DNA from: a virus
Lineage: Duplodnaviria; Caudoviricetes
Reading direction: 5' to 3' (one strand)
Length of the DNA: 30,877 bases
Virus record (IMG/VR): IMGVR_UViG_3300027863_000126
Coordinates: 1-30,877 of that record
The notes under the pieces were generated by a model that made no database searches, had not been told where the DNA came from, and saw only the letters and a program-made list of their open reading frames with translations. A program made the position numbers and the translations under genes. This document shows positions 1-8,244 of the stretch, piece by piece (the first letter of the stretch is position 1; each line of letters starts with the position of its first letter).

Positions 1-138
1 AACGCTGCCTTGTCCGCTGCCTTGTCCGCTGCCAGGTCCGCTGCCTGGTCCGCTGCCTTGAAATGGCAGGCCGAGGAAATGGGACGCATGATTCGTGGCG
101 AGGGCGTCTATGACCGCAGTTGGGCTGACAACCTGTGA
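1..138 (+). CDS. 3' end of hypothetical phage protein with S-A-A-(L/R/W) tetrapeptide repeats (partial)
   Basis: Frame 1 reads NAALSAALSAARSAAWSAALKWQAEEMGRMIRGEGVYDRSWADNL*; its TGA overlaps the next gene's GTG (GTGA at 135-138). Confidence 0.65.
   Translation, partial: NAALSAALSAARSAAWSAALKWQAEEMGRMIRGEGVYDRSWADNL
4..60 (+). repeat. Imperfect 12-bp coding tandem repeat (gctgcc-nnG-tcc)
   Basis: gctgccttgtcc gctgccttgtcc gctgccaggtcc gctgcctggtcc gctgccttg. Confidence 0.85.
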
Positions 139-341
139 TTGGCCTTCGCACCGCCCTCCTGTTCCTGGCCTTCTGGCTCTTCCTTCTCGGCATGGGCCAA
201 GGCCTTGAGAACTACGCGGCGATGCAGGCTGGATTCCAGCGGGAGTTGCCGCAGACCATGTGCAGCCCCATCACGGGCCGGTCGCTGCCGGTGGACCTGT
301 GGGCGCAATATGACGCGGCGCTGGCCGCGAAGGGGGAATGA
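135..341 (+). CDS. Hypothetical small membrane/exported protein
   Basis: Hydrophobic N-terminus (ALLFLAFWLFLLGMG); start/stop overlaps with both neighbours. Confidence 0.6.
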   Translation: MIGLRTALLFLAFWLFLLGMGQGLENYAAMQAGFQRELPQTMCSPITGRSLPVDLWAQYDAALAAKGE

Positions 342-514
342 TGGGCGCGTGTCCAATCTGCGGAGTACCCGCCATGAATGGCATGTCTGGCCTGTGCGAT
401 AGCCCATACTGCCGCGAGAAGTTGGCGCGGGATCGCGTATCCCGGGAATGGCGCGAGGAATGCCGCGACTATCACGACAACGTGAAGACCAGGGAAGACC
501 TGGGGGAGGACTAG
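338..514 (+). CDS. Small Cys-rich (CxxC...CxxxxC) hypothetical protein, 58 aa, not in the ORF track
   Basis: Manual translation MMGACPICGVPAMNGMSGLCDSPYCREKLARDRVSREWREECRDYHDNVKTREDLGED*; ATGA overlap with the upstream stop; fills the operon gap. Confidence 0.6.
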   Translation: MMGACPICGVPAMNGMSGLCDSPYCREKLARDRVSREWREECRDYHDNVKTREDLGED

Positions 515-516
515 CC

Positions 517-816
517 ATGTACCTGACCGAGGAAGAGGCGATGGGAAAGTGGTGCCCGTTTGTGCGGTATCAGGAGCACAATTACCCGAGTGGAAACAGG
601 TGGGGCGACATGGAAAACCAGCCCATATGCCGCTGCATCGCCTCGCGATGCATGGCTTGGCGGTGGGACACGCCGTCCAAGTTCCAGGCGCTCAAGAAAT
701 ACCGCGAAGAAACCGGCTGCTCCGTGCCCGAAGCCAAGGAATACGTTGACCGCGAACACCCGGAACTGACCATGGAGAAGACGCACGGCTACTGTGGCCT
801 CGCGGGGAGGCCGTGA
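517..816 (+). CDS. Hypothetical Cys-containing phage protein with an internal L7/L12-CTD-like helix pair
   Basis: GGAGGA RBS before ATG 517; WCP...CIASRCMAWRW...GYCGLAGRP flanking KFQALKKYREETGCSVPEAKEYVD. Confidence 0.7.
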   Translation: MYLTEEEAMGKWCPFVRYQEHNYPSGNRWGDMENQPICRCIASRCMAWRWDTPSKFQALKKYREETGCSVPEAKEYVDREHPELTMEKTHGYCGLAGRP

Positions 817-1004
817 TGTATCTCCTCGCAACTCGCACCGTGCGCCGCGCCTTCCTGGGCGACGGCTGGGGCCTCAAGAGGGCACTGGAGGCGCACCAGG
901 GCGTCCGTAGCTGCCTCATGGCTGCGCATGTTGCGCGCCTCAGCGCCATGGTTCGCGGGCACATTTCCAGGATGCGCGAAGAGCGCGTCAAGAGGGTGGC
1001 GTGA
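813..1004 (+). CDS. Hypothetical basic protein
   Basis: GTGA overlaps at both ends; GGAGG upstream. Confidence 0.55.
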   Translation: MMYLLATRTVRRAFLGDGWGLKRALEAHQGVRSCLMAAHVARLSAMVRGHISRMREERVKRVA

Positions 1005-1540
1005 AGACCCCGAGCGTGACGCAGGTTCTTTCCCCCTGGGCCGACTTCTCGCGGGTGCCGCAGGAGGCCCTGGAGAACGCTGCCCGCAGGGGCACGGACG
1101 TTCACCGCGCCTGCTCCGCCCTAGCCCAGGGGCTTTGGTTCCCCCCGGTTCCCGATGACTGCGCGGGATACCTGGCCAGCTTCCGCCTCTGGCTCCCAAC
1201 CGTGGCGGACGTAGTGCTGGCCGAGGATGAACTTTCTGACCATCGCCTGGGCTTCGTTGGCCACCCGGATCTCATCGTGCGGATCAAGGGTGACAACGCT
1301 CTGACCGTGGTGGACCTCAAGACTCCAGCCGCAGTCAACTCCCTGTGGCGCGTCCAGCTCGCAGCCTACAAGCACCTTGCCAAGGCCAACGGCATGGACG
1401 TGCGCCGGGCTCTTTCGCTCCGGCTGCGCCAGGACGGAGGCCGCCCCATCGTCAACGAATACACCGACAGCGCGCAGGACATGGCCGCCTTCGTGGCCGC
1501 CCTGAACGCTTACCGCTACTTCAACCGCAACGCAGCATAG
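1001..1540 (+). CDS. PD-(D/E)XK-family exonuclease (recombination-associated)
   Basis: PSVTQVL, RGTDVH, GHPDL, VVDLKT and QLAAY motifs; two genes upstream of the recombinase. Confidence 0.8.
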   Translation: MKTPSVTQVLSPWADFSRVPQEALENAARRGTDVHRACSALAQGLWFPPVPDDCAGYLASFRLWLPTVADVVLAEDELSDHRLGFVGHPDLIVRIKGDNALTVVDLKTPAAVNSLWRVQLAAYKHLAKANGMDVRRALSLRLRQDGGRPIVNEYTDSAQDMAAFVAALNAYRYFNRNAA

Positions 1541-1551
1541 GAGGAAGTGCC

Positions 1552-2250
1552 ATGGCTTTCGACTTCAACGCGGCCCTTGCCCTGGAGCATGACGGGGCCG
1601 GTGTCCCGTCCAGGGACAACCCCTTCGATTTAGCCCCGGTCAAGCACTCGCTCGCCAAGCACGACATCGAAATAGACCTCATGGTCCAGCGGGCCGAGGC
1701 CTTAGAGGTGGACGGGGAGCGCGCCCAGACCCTCGCCGTGGAGATGGCCGGACAGGCGAAGAAGCTCAACAATACCATCGAGAAGGCCCGCAAGGGCTTT
1801 GTCGAGGGGCCCAACGAGTTCGTGAAGTCCGTGAACAACCTCGCCAAGAGATTCCAGGAGCGCTTGCTCACCATCGAAAACGGCCTCAAGCGCAAGCTCT
1901 CGGCCTATGCCCAGCGCCAGGAGCTTGAGCGCCGCAAGACCGAGGCGGCCGCGCGCCAGGCGCAAGCCGAACTCCAGAATCGGCTGGACGAAGAGGCCAA
2001 GGACTCCGGCGTCGAGCCGGTGAAGATCGAGGCCCCTGTGGTTCCCAAGGCCGACGGCCCGGTGCGCACTGCGGCCGGGACCGCCTACCAGAAGAAGGTC
2101 TGGACCTTCAACGTGAAGGACGCCCAGGCCGTGCCGCGGGAATACCTGGCCGTGGATGAGCGCAAGATCCGCGAGGCCGTGCGCGCGGGAGTCCGGCAGA
2201 TTCCCGGCGTGGATATTTTCGAGGAAACCCAGACCGCCCTGCGGGCGTAG
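1552..2250 (+). CDS. Coiled-coil phage protein of the recombination module
   Basis: AGGAGG RBS then ATG 1552 (MAFDFNAALALE); helical body; C-terminal VPREYLAVDERKIREAVRAGVRQIPGVDIFEE motif common in phage early proteins. Confidence 0.75.
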   Translation: MAFDFNAALALEHDGAGVPSRDNPFDLAPVKHSLAKHDIEIDLMVQRAEALEVDGERAQTLAVEMAGQAKKLNNTIEKARKGFVEGPNEFVKSVNNLAKRFQERLLTIENGLKRKLSAYAQRQELERRKTEAAARQAQAELQNRLDEEAKDSGVEPVKIEAPVVPKADGPVRTAAGTAYQKKVWTFNVKDAQAVPREYLAVDERKIREAVRAGVRQIPGVDIFEETQTALRA

Positions 2251-2260
2251 GAGAAACGGC

Positions 2261-3292
2261 ATGACGCTTCCCGTCGCACAGGACAAGACCAGCAAGGGCC
2301 AGCTCCTCCAGAAGTTCGCCGCAAAGTTCGGCGTGGACATGGGCAAGCTGGCTCCGATCCTCAAGGCAACGGCCTTCAAGGTCCCGGACAGGGACGGGTC
2401 CCGCCAAGAAGTCAGCGATGAGCAGATGGCCGCCCTGCTCATCGTGGCGGATCAGTATGGCCTCAACCCGTTCACCAAGGAAATCTACGCCTTCCCTGAC
2501 AAGTCCAAGGGCATCGTGCCCATCGTGGGCGTGGACGGCTGGACGCGGATCATGAACGAGCACCCGGCTTTTGACGGCATCGAGTTCCGCTACTCCGAGA
2601 ACGTGGTCAACATCGACAACGACGCCAAGCCATGCCCCGAGTGGTGCGAGGCCGTGATCTACCGCAAGGACCGCTCCAGGCCCATCGTGGTCCGCGAGTA
2701 CCTGGACGAATGCTACCGGGCCGCCTTCGAGAAGAAGGGCAACAACGGCTACAAGATCAGCGGCCCGTGGCAGTCCCACACCCGCCGCTTCCTGCGCCAC
2801 AAGGCCACGATCCAGGGCGCGCGCCTCGCCTTCGGGTTCGCCGGTATCTACGATGAGGAAGAAGGCGAGCGCATTGCCCAGGCCCGCGTTGTCGACATGA
2901 CGGCCACCATGCCCAAGTCCATCGAGGCCGAGGCCGTGGACCTGGACGCGCTGGACCGCTTCAACGCCGCCCTGGACGGGGCCGGGCTCTCCGAGGCCGA
3001 CATGGAGGCCATGGACCGCTTCCTGGACGCCACGGCCAAGGCCGCGTCGTGCGACCGGAACACCGTGAAGGCCGAAGCGTCCGCAGACTTCAACGCCTTC
3101 ATCTCGGCGTTCCACAACTGGAAGGGCAAGCAAAAGGTGGAGGCCTCCGGCAAGCCCCAGGCCAAGCCCACGCCGATCAAGCTGGAGTGCCCCGACCGTG
3201 GCGGTGAGCCCGTGGAATCCGCCGGGTGCTCCGGTTGTGCCAAGCGCACCGGCTGCCCGGCGTGGGAAGAGAGCGACAAGGCTGCGGCCTAA
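2261..3292 (+). CDS. bet: Bet-type single-strand annealing recombinase
   Basis: ALLIVADQYGLNPFTKEIYAFPDK-GIVPIVGVDGWTRI-NEHP-FDG and GPWQSH-RRFLRHKA-IQ-ARLAFGFAGIYD match lambda Beta hallmarks; AGGAG RBS before ATG 2261. Confidence 0.92.
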   Translation: MTLPVAQDKTSKGQLLQKFAAKFGVDMGKLAPILKATAFKVPDRDGSRQEVSDEQMAALLIVADQYGLNPFTKEIYAFPDKSKGIVPIVGVDGWTRIMNEHPAFDGIEFRYSENVVNIDNDAKPCPEWCEAVIYRKDRSRPIVVREYLDECYRAAFEKKGNNGYKISGPWQSHTRRFLRHKATIQGARLAFGFAGIYDEEEGERIAQARVVDMTATMPKSIEAEAVDLDALDRFNAALDGAGLSEADMEAMDRFLDATAKAASCDRNTVKAEASADFNAFISAFHNWKGKQKVEASGKPQAKPTPIKLECPDRGGEPVESAGCSGCAKRTGCPAWEESDKAAA

Positions 3293-3308
3293 AACAAGGA
3301 GATGAGAG

Positions 3309-3662
3309 ATGAATCCTAAAGAACTTGGGAGTGGTTGTGAAACCAAGGCTATGACCACTGCCTCTGATGTCCGGATGCTTGAGGCGTTGATAGAACTTCA
3401 CCAAGAAGCGGCATCTCTTGGTGAGATGGCAACTCAACACCGCGAAAGGCTTAACGGAGCGTCCCCGCTGGTGGAACCGACAAAATACCCGAATTCCCCG
3501 TGCAACGGTGGCTTTTTCTCCTCCGCGAGCATCCTGATTGAGAGCATCAAGTCCCTTATCCAGGGTGCCAAGAACGACATTCGGCAGAGTCTCGAGTTCC
3601 CTCCCTCCACCCCGGCCTCACGGGGCCGGGGACTGAGCGGGGGAACCGCGAAGGAGAAATGA
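3309..3662 (+). CDS. Hypothetical protein
   Basis: AAGGAG/GAGAG upstream; ATGA overlap with the next gene; somewhat lower GC. Confidence 0.55.
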   Translation: MNPKELGSGCETKAMTTASDVRMLEALIELHQEAASLGEMATQHRERLNGASPLVEPTKYPNSPCNGGFFSSASILIESIKSLIQGAKNDIRQSLEFPPSTPASRGRGLSGGTAKEK

Positions 3663-4615
3663 TGGCTGACAAGTCCCTCATCGAGTGGTGCGATGCCACG
3701 ATCAACCCGGCCTACGGATGCACCAAGTGCGGAGCGGCCTGCGACCACTGCTACGCAGAACGCCTGGCCGCTCGGTTCAGCGCGAACCCTGACGTGGAGC
3801 ACCTGGTTGCTGGCACCGTGGACGCCTCCGGGCACTGGACCGGCAAGGTGAACCTCTGGCCGGAGCGCATGGAGCAGGCCCTTCACTGGCGCAAGCCCCG
3901 CCGCATCTTCGTGGGGTCCATGACGGACCTGTTCCACCCGGCCGTGCCCTTCGAGTTCCTGGACCGCATTTTCGCGGTCATGGCCATGGCCAGTCCGCAG
4001 CACACCTTCATGCTGCTGACCAAGCGGCCGGAGAGGATGGCCGAGTACCTGGGCTACGAATACCGGCGCGAGCGCATCTACAAGGCCAGCGGCGAAAGTG
4101 ATGCCTTCTGCCTGGACTGGTCCCTCCCCAACGTCTGGCTTGGCACAACCATCTGGGACCAGGACAGCGCCGACCGCGCCGTGCCCATCCTGCTCTCCAC
4201 TCCGGCGGCCAAGCGCTTCGTCTCCGTGGAGCCCATGCTCGGGCCGGTGGTCATCCCTGCGGAGCTGCTGGCCCGGCTTGCCTGGGTCATCTGCGGCGGC
4301 GAGACCGGCCCCAAGGCGCGGCCCATGCACCCGGACTGGCCGCGCAAGCTGCGCGACGACTGCGTGGCCGCGGGCGTGCCGTTCTTCTTCAAGCAGTGGG
4401 GGGAGTGGGCACCGCACCTGCCGGAACTGGGCTACGACAACCCGGCCACGGGCGGCAGGGCTTGGGGCTGCATCAATCGCGACGGGGAATGGATGCCCGG
4501 AACGACGCCGTTCAATGGCGACCGTGGCGACTACGAATGGCCCATGGTCCGCGTCGGCCAGCGCAGAGCCGGCCGCAAGCTGGACGGCCGGACCTGGGAG
4601 GAGGTGCCGGGATGA
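3659..4615 (+). CDS. Phage Gp37Gp68 / DUF5131 family protein (radical-SAM-like three-Cys motif)
   Basis: SLIEWCDATINP, GCTKCGAACDHCYAE, IFVGSMTDLFH, LLTKRPERM, SVEPMLGP, WVICGGETGP-ARPMHPDW, PFFFKQWG, AGRKLDGRTWEE. Confidence 0.9.
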   Translation: MMADKSLIEWCDATINPAYGCTKCGAACDHCYAERLAARFSANPDVEHLVAGTVDASGHWTGKVNLWPERMEQALHWRKPRRIFVGSMTDLFHPAVPFEFLDRIFAVMAMASPQHTFMLLTKRPERMAEYLGYEYRRERIYKASGESDAFCLDWSLPNVWLGTTIWDQDSADRAVPILLSTPAAKRFVSVEPMLGPVVIPAELLARLAWVICGGETGPKARPMHPDWPRKLRDDCVAAGVPFFFKQWGEWAPHLPELGYDNPATGGRAWGCINRDGEWMPGTTPFNGDRGDYEWPMVRVGQRRAGRKLDGRTWEEVPG

Positions 4616-4719
4616 GCGATTCCGCAAGAGAACTTGGAAAGGCCCTCGGAGAAATCGCCGTCGAATTGGTAAAGGCCGGAGGTGTTGAGGAACGGGACAG
4701 AAAAACGAAGTGGCTCTAG
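4612..4719 (+). CDS. Very small hypothetical protein (35 aa)
   Basis: ATGA overlap and GGAGG RBS; MSDSARELGKALGEIAVELVKAGG... Confidence 0.4.
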   Translation: MSDSARELGKALGEIAVELVKAGGVEERDRKTKWL

Positions 4720-4728
4720 GAGTAAACC

Positions 4729-4920
4729 ATGGACGCCTTGAACTGCTACGAATGCGGGGCCGAATCTCCCCGGCTGACCAGCGTGCACAACGTCACCTTG
4801 AAGGCCATCACCCACCCCGTCACCGGGAAGACCTTCAACGGCGGCCCGAGCGTGGCCGTCTGCGACAACTGTCTGCGCCGGGCCCAGGGCCTCGGGCACT
4901 TCGTGATGGAGAGGCCATGA
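4729..4920 (+). CDS. Small zinc-ribbon-like protein (CxxC...CxxC)
   Basis: AGGAG RBS; CYEC and CDNC pairs. Confidence 0.65.
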   Translation: MDALNCYECGAESPRLTSVHNVTLKAITHPVTGKTFNGGPSVAVCDNCLRRAQGLGHFVMERP

Positions 4921-5105
4921 AACAGCGCATGTGGGCCATCATCGATCCTGTGTGGCATTCTTTCTGGTTAGTGCGCGGGACCAGACGTGCTGCGCAGTGG
5001 GACTTTCGGCTTCTCACCGGGGATTCCTGGAAGAAGTCGTACCGCAAGGGCTGGCGCTGCGTTCGCGTGACCGTCGAAACGGAGGCCGCCCATGCGCAAG
5101 ATTAA
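4917..5105 (+). CDS. Hypothetical Trp-rich basic protein
   Basis: ATGA overlap with GAGG RBS; MKQRMWAII...WKKSYRKGWRCVRVTV. Confidence 0.6.
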   Translation: MKQRMWAIIDPVWHSFWLVRGTRRAAQWDFRLLTGDSWKKSYRKGWRCVRVTVETEAAHAQD

Positions 5106-6921
5106 AGGCCTGCGGGCCATCTACGAGCCCAAGGGCGCGGCGCGAGAGTACGGGGCCCTGGCGGTCAACCTGTTCAACGGCTGCACCTGCGGGTGCCGGT
5201 ACTGCTACGTGCCGCGGATGCCCGGGTTTCCGAGTCGCGAGGTATTCCGCGCCGCGGCCACGCTCCGACGCCCGGACATCCTGGACCTGATCGAACGTGA
5301 CGCTGTGGCGCTCCAGGCCCAGGGCAACACCGAGCCCGTGTTCCTGTGCTTCACCTGCGACCCCTGCGAGCCGGGCCTGGTGGACTACACGTCCCGGGCG
5401 ATTTGCTCCCTCAAACTGTACGGGCAGCGGGTCACGCTCCTGACCAAGCGGCCCTCGCAGCTCTACGATGCGCCGGAGATCCTCCGGAACCTGGCCAGGT
5501 CCGGCTCCGCCCTGGGCGTCACCCTCACACTCCTGGACAGGTGGAAGGCCTGGGAGCCTGGGATGGCCCGGGGCCGGGACCCGGACTATGCCATCGACCA
5601 CGACCCACTGGCCGTGGCCATGCACAAGGCCAACCACCCGGGCACGGTCCATTTCCGGCAGGACGTGTGGGAGGTCTCGCCCCGGCAGGTGACGCGCGGC
5701 CGTGACGTGGGCGTGCTCTGGGCCAGCCCGGACTGCACGCACTTTTCCAAGGCCAAGGGCGGGGCCCCGCGCCGGGACCAGAAGCGCCGGGACCTAGCCT
5801 GGGTGGTCGAGAAGTGGGCCCGCGAGGTCCGGCCCCGCGTCATCTTCCTGGAGAACGTGGAGGAGTTCCGCACCTGGGGGCCTCTGGACCGCGAAGGGCG
5901 GCCCATCGAGGCGGCCAAGGGCGAGACGTTCCGGGCCTGGGTGCGCAGCCTGCGCCGCCTGGGCTACGCCGTGCAGTTCAAGGAGCTGCGGGCCTGCGGC
6001 TACGGCGCGCCCACCATCCGCAAGCGCCTGTTCATGGTCGCGCGCTGCGACGGCCTGCCCATTGTCTGGCCCGCGCCCACGCACGGCCCGGGCAGGCCCC
6101 AGCCCTGGCGCACGGCGGCCGAGTGCATCGACTGGAGCATCCCCTGCCCGTCCATTTTCGAGCGCAAGCGGCCCCTGGCCGAGAAAACCCTGCGCCGCAT
6201 CGCGGAGGGCATCCGGCGCTACGTGCTGGGCAAGGCCGAGCCGTTCATCGTGAACCTGACCCACGGGGTGCGGCTGGAAGATGCGGGCAAGCCCTTCATG
6301 ACCATCACCGGGGCGCATCGTGTGGACCACAACAGCCTTGTGGCCGCCTCACTGGTCGGCGTCGGCGGCCGGGCCGGGCAGAGCCGTCCCCGTGGCGCGG
6401 GGGAGCCCATGGCGACCGTCACGGCCAAGGGCGACACGGCCGTGGTGGCCTCCCACTTGGTAAAGCTGCGCGGCACCTGCAAGGCGGGACAGCCCGTGGA
6501 CGAGCCCATGGCCACGGTCACGGCCGGCGGCCTGCACCTGGGCGAGGTCCGGGTCTTCCTGGTGAAATACTACGGCCAGGGCGTGGGCCAGCCGGTTGAC
6601 GATCCGGCGGCCACGGTGACCACCAAGGACCGTATGGGCCTGGTCACGGTCATGGTCCAGGGCCAGCCCTACGTCGTCGCGGACATCGGCATGAGGATGC
6701 TCCAGCCGCGCGAGCTGTACCGGGCCCAGGGGTTCCCGGATTCCTATGTCATCGATTTGGAGCACGAGGGCCGGGCACTGTCCAAGTCGGATCAGGTGCG
6801 GCTCTGCGGCAATTCGGTCTGCCCGCCCATGGCCGAGGCCCTGGTGCGCGCCAACTACGCCTCGGGCCTGCGCGAGTCCCGCGACCCCCTGCCCCTGCTG
6901 GCCATGGGGGTGGGGGCATGA
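5092..6921 (+). CDS. In-frame hybrid of a partial N-terminal radical SAM domain and a C5 cytosine DNA methyltransferase lacking motif I
   Basis: CxxxCxxC (GCTCGCRYCY) and LLTK in residues 1-157; then SPDC (motif IV), ENV (VI), PTIRKR (VIII), RMLQPRELYRAQGFP (IX) and GNSV (X); no FxGxGG motif I visible. Confidence 0.8.
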   Translation: MRKIKGLRAIYEPKGAAREYGALAVNLFNGCTCGCRYCYVPRMPGFPSREVFRAAATLRRPDILDLIERDAVALQAQGNTEPVFLCFTCDPCEPGLVDYTSRAICSLKLYGQRVTLLTKRPSQLYDAPEILRNLARSGSALGVTLTLLDRWKAWEPGMARGRDPDYAIDHDPLAVAMHKANHPGTVHFRQDVWEVSPRQVTRGRDVGVLWASPDCTHFSKAKGGAPRRDQKRRDLAWVVEKWAREVRPRVIFLENVEEFRTWGPLDREGRPIEAAKGETFRAWVRSLRRLGYAVQFKELRACGYGAPTIRKRLFMVARCDGLPIVWPAPTHGPGRPQPWRTAAECIDWSIPCPSIFERKRPLAEKTLRRIAEGIRRYVLGKAEPFIVNLTHGVRLEDAGKPFMTITGAHRVDHNSLVAASLVGVGGRAGQSRPRGAGEPMATVTAKGDTAVVASHLVKLRGTCKAGQPVDEPMATVTAGGLHLGEVRVFLVKYYGQGVGQPVDDPAATVTTKDRMGLVTVMVQGQPYVVADIGMRMLQPRELYRAQGFPDSYVIDLEHEGRALSKSDQVRLCGNSVCPPMAEALVRANYASGLRESRDPLPLLAMGVGA

Positions 6922-7673
6922 CCCAGCTCAACCGCATCATCCGTGGCGACGCGCTGGAGGTTCTGCGCACGTTGCCGGACGCGAGCATTGACATGGTTTT
7001 CACCGATCCGCCATATGGCCACAACAACAACAACGGCGACCTGATTTCGCGGAGGGAACAGGCGCTGGGGGTCGCCAAGCAAGAGCAGGAGTGCCGTCCA
7101 ATCGCAAACGATGGCCCAGAAGCAAACGATCTTTTCCGGGATATCCTACCGGAACTCTATCGCGTTTTGAAGCCGGGGAGCTGCTGCTGCTGCTGCTGCT
7201 GCGGCGGCGGCCCGGACCCGCAGTTTGCGCGCTGGTCCCTGTGGATGGATGAGGTTTTCCAGTTCAAGCAAATGGTGGTCTGGGACAAGGGGCCAATGGG
7301 CATGGGCTGGCACTACCGCCGGTCATACGAGGTTGTTCTTGTCGGACAGAAGCCCGGCGCGGCCTGCAAGTGGTACGACACTACGAACGCAGTTGAAAAC
7401 ATCATCCGGGGTACGCGCAAGATCATTCCGTCCAAGCACCAGCACCCGACAGAAAAGCCGATAGCCCTGGCAGCGCACTTCATTAAGCTACACTCACAAC
7501 CAGGAGAAACGATTTTAGACCCATTCTGCGGTAGTGGAAGTACGATAGAGGCCGCCGTTGGCTTGGGTAGGGCCTTTATTGGAATTGAACTTGACCCGAA
7601 ATTCGCGTCCATGGCTGAACGGCGCATCGCGCGCGAGGCGGGCCTGCTCCGGGCCATGCAGGAGTCGGCATGA
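6918..7673 (+). CDS. N4-cytosine/N6-adenine DNA methyltransferase (beta-class motif order)
   Basis: GDALEVL, FTDPPY, HPTEKP, LDPFCGSGST, FIGIELD. Confidence 0.92.
   Translation: MTQLNRIIRGDALEVLRTLPDASIDMVFTDPPYGHNNNNGDLISRREQALGVAKQEQECRPIANDGPEANDLFRDILPELYRVLKPGSCCCCCCCGGGPDPQFARWSLWMDEVFQFKQMVVWDKGPMGMGWHYRRSYEVVLVGQKPGAACKWYDTTNAVENIIRGTRKIIPSKHQHPTEKPIALAAHFIKLHSQPGETILDPFCGSGSTIEAAVGLGRAFIGIELDPKFASMAERRIAREAGLLRAMQESA
7182..7211 (+). repeat. (TGC)7(GGC)3 trinucleotide run encoding Cys7-Gly3
   Basis: Read directly from the sequence inside the methyltransferase gene. Confidence 0.95.
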
Positions 7674-7888
7674 CCCAGCTCGCCCTCCTCATCCTCTCTG
7701 GCGCGGCCGTGGGGCTCGTGACCTCCATGGACAGCAAGCGGCGGATCCTGGGATGCGCCTGCGGCCTCCTGGGGCAGCCCTTGTGGCTCTGGAGCGCCTA
7801 CCATGCTGGGCAATGGGGCATCCTGGCCTTGAGCATCTGGTACACCTGGGCATGGGGACGCGGGTTGGTCAACGAGTGGAGGGGGTGA
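7670..7888 (+). CDS. Small membrane protein (PnuC-like half-transporter appearance)
   Basis: Three hydrophobic stretches; GQPLWL...GQWGI pattern; coupled start/stop. Confidence 0.6.
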   Translation: MTQLALLILSGAAVGLVTSMDSKRRILGCACGLLGQPLWLWSAYHAGQWGILALSIWYTWAWGRGLVNEWRG

Positions 7889-8124
7889 TGGGCGAAGAGA
7901 ATATGAGCAACGCCGCGCTGGCCTCCATGGCGATCAGGGTATGGGATTCCGTGCAGTCCATGGGGCAACTGTGGGCAGCGGCCCAATACCACCGCCTCAC
8001 CAGAAAGCGCCTTCCCCCGGCCCCGAGCATAGAGGGCGTTGCCATGCTGGACGCTGCGTACAGGGCATACTCCAGATTCATAAGCAAAGAAGCGGCCCTG
8101 CGCTGTATCGTGCATTACCTATGA
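7888..8124 (+). CDS. Hypothetical protein
   Basis: TGATG overlap at 7886-7890, GGAGG upstream, ATGA overlap downstream. Confidence 0.5.
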   Translation: MGEENMSNAALASMAIRVWDSVQSMGQLWAAAQYHRLTRKRLPPAPSIEGVAMLDAAYRAYSRFISKEAALRCIVHYL

Positions 8125-8210
8125 CCCATTATCCACCCTGGCTCAAGCTCAAGCAGGCCCGTGCCTACTCCGGGCTCGGGAGGGACACGGACGCATCCTC
8201 CGGATCCTAG
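8121..8210 (+). pseudogene. Truncated excisionase-like HTH protein
   Basis: MTHYPPWLKLKQARAYSGLGRDT resembles the first helix-turn of Xis/HTH_17 proteins but stops after 29 aa; lies immediately before the integrase fragment. Confidence 0.5.
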
Positions 8211-8244
8211 ACGGCGCAGGGCAACTCCGGTTACTGTCTAGGGC

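Noticed and set aside
1001-1540. Cas4 call for the PD-(D/E)XK nuclease
   Set aside because: The four-Cys Fe-S pattern is absent and the context is a phage recombination module
2108-4627. Long minus-strand ORFs 2108-3358 and 3434-4627
   Set aside because: Antisense shadows of bet and the DUF5131 gene in GC-rich DNA; no motifs
6918-7673. Restriction-modification system
   Set aside because: No cognate endonuclease nearby; orphan phage methyltransferases are common
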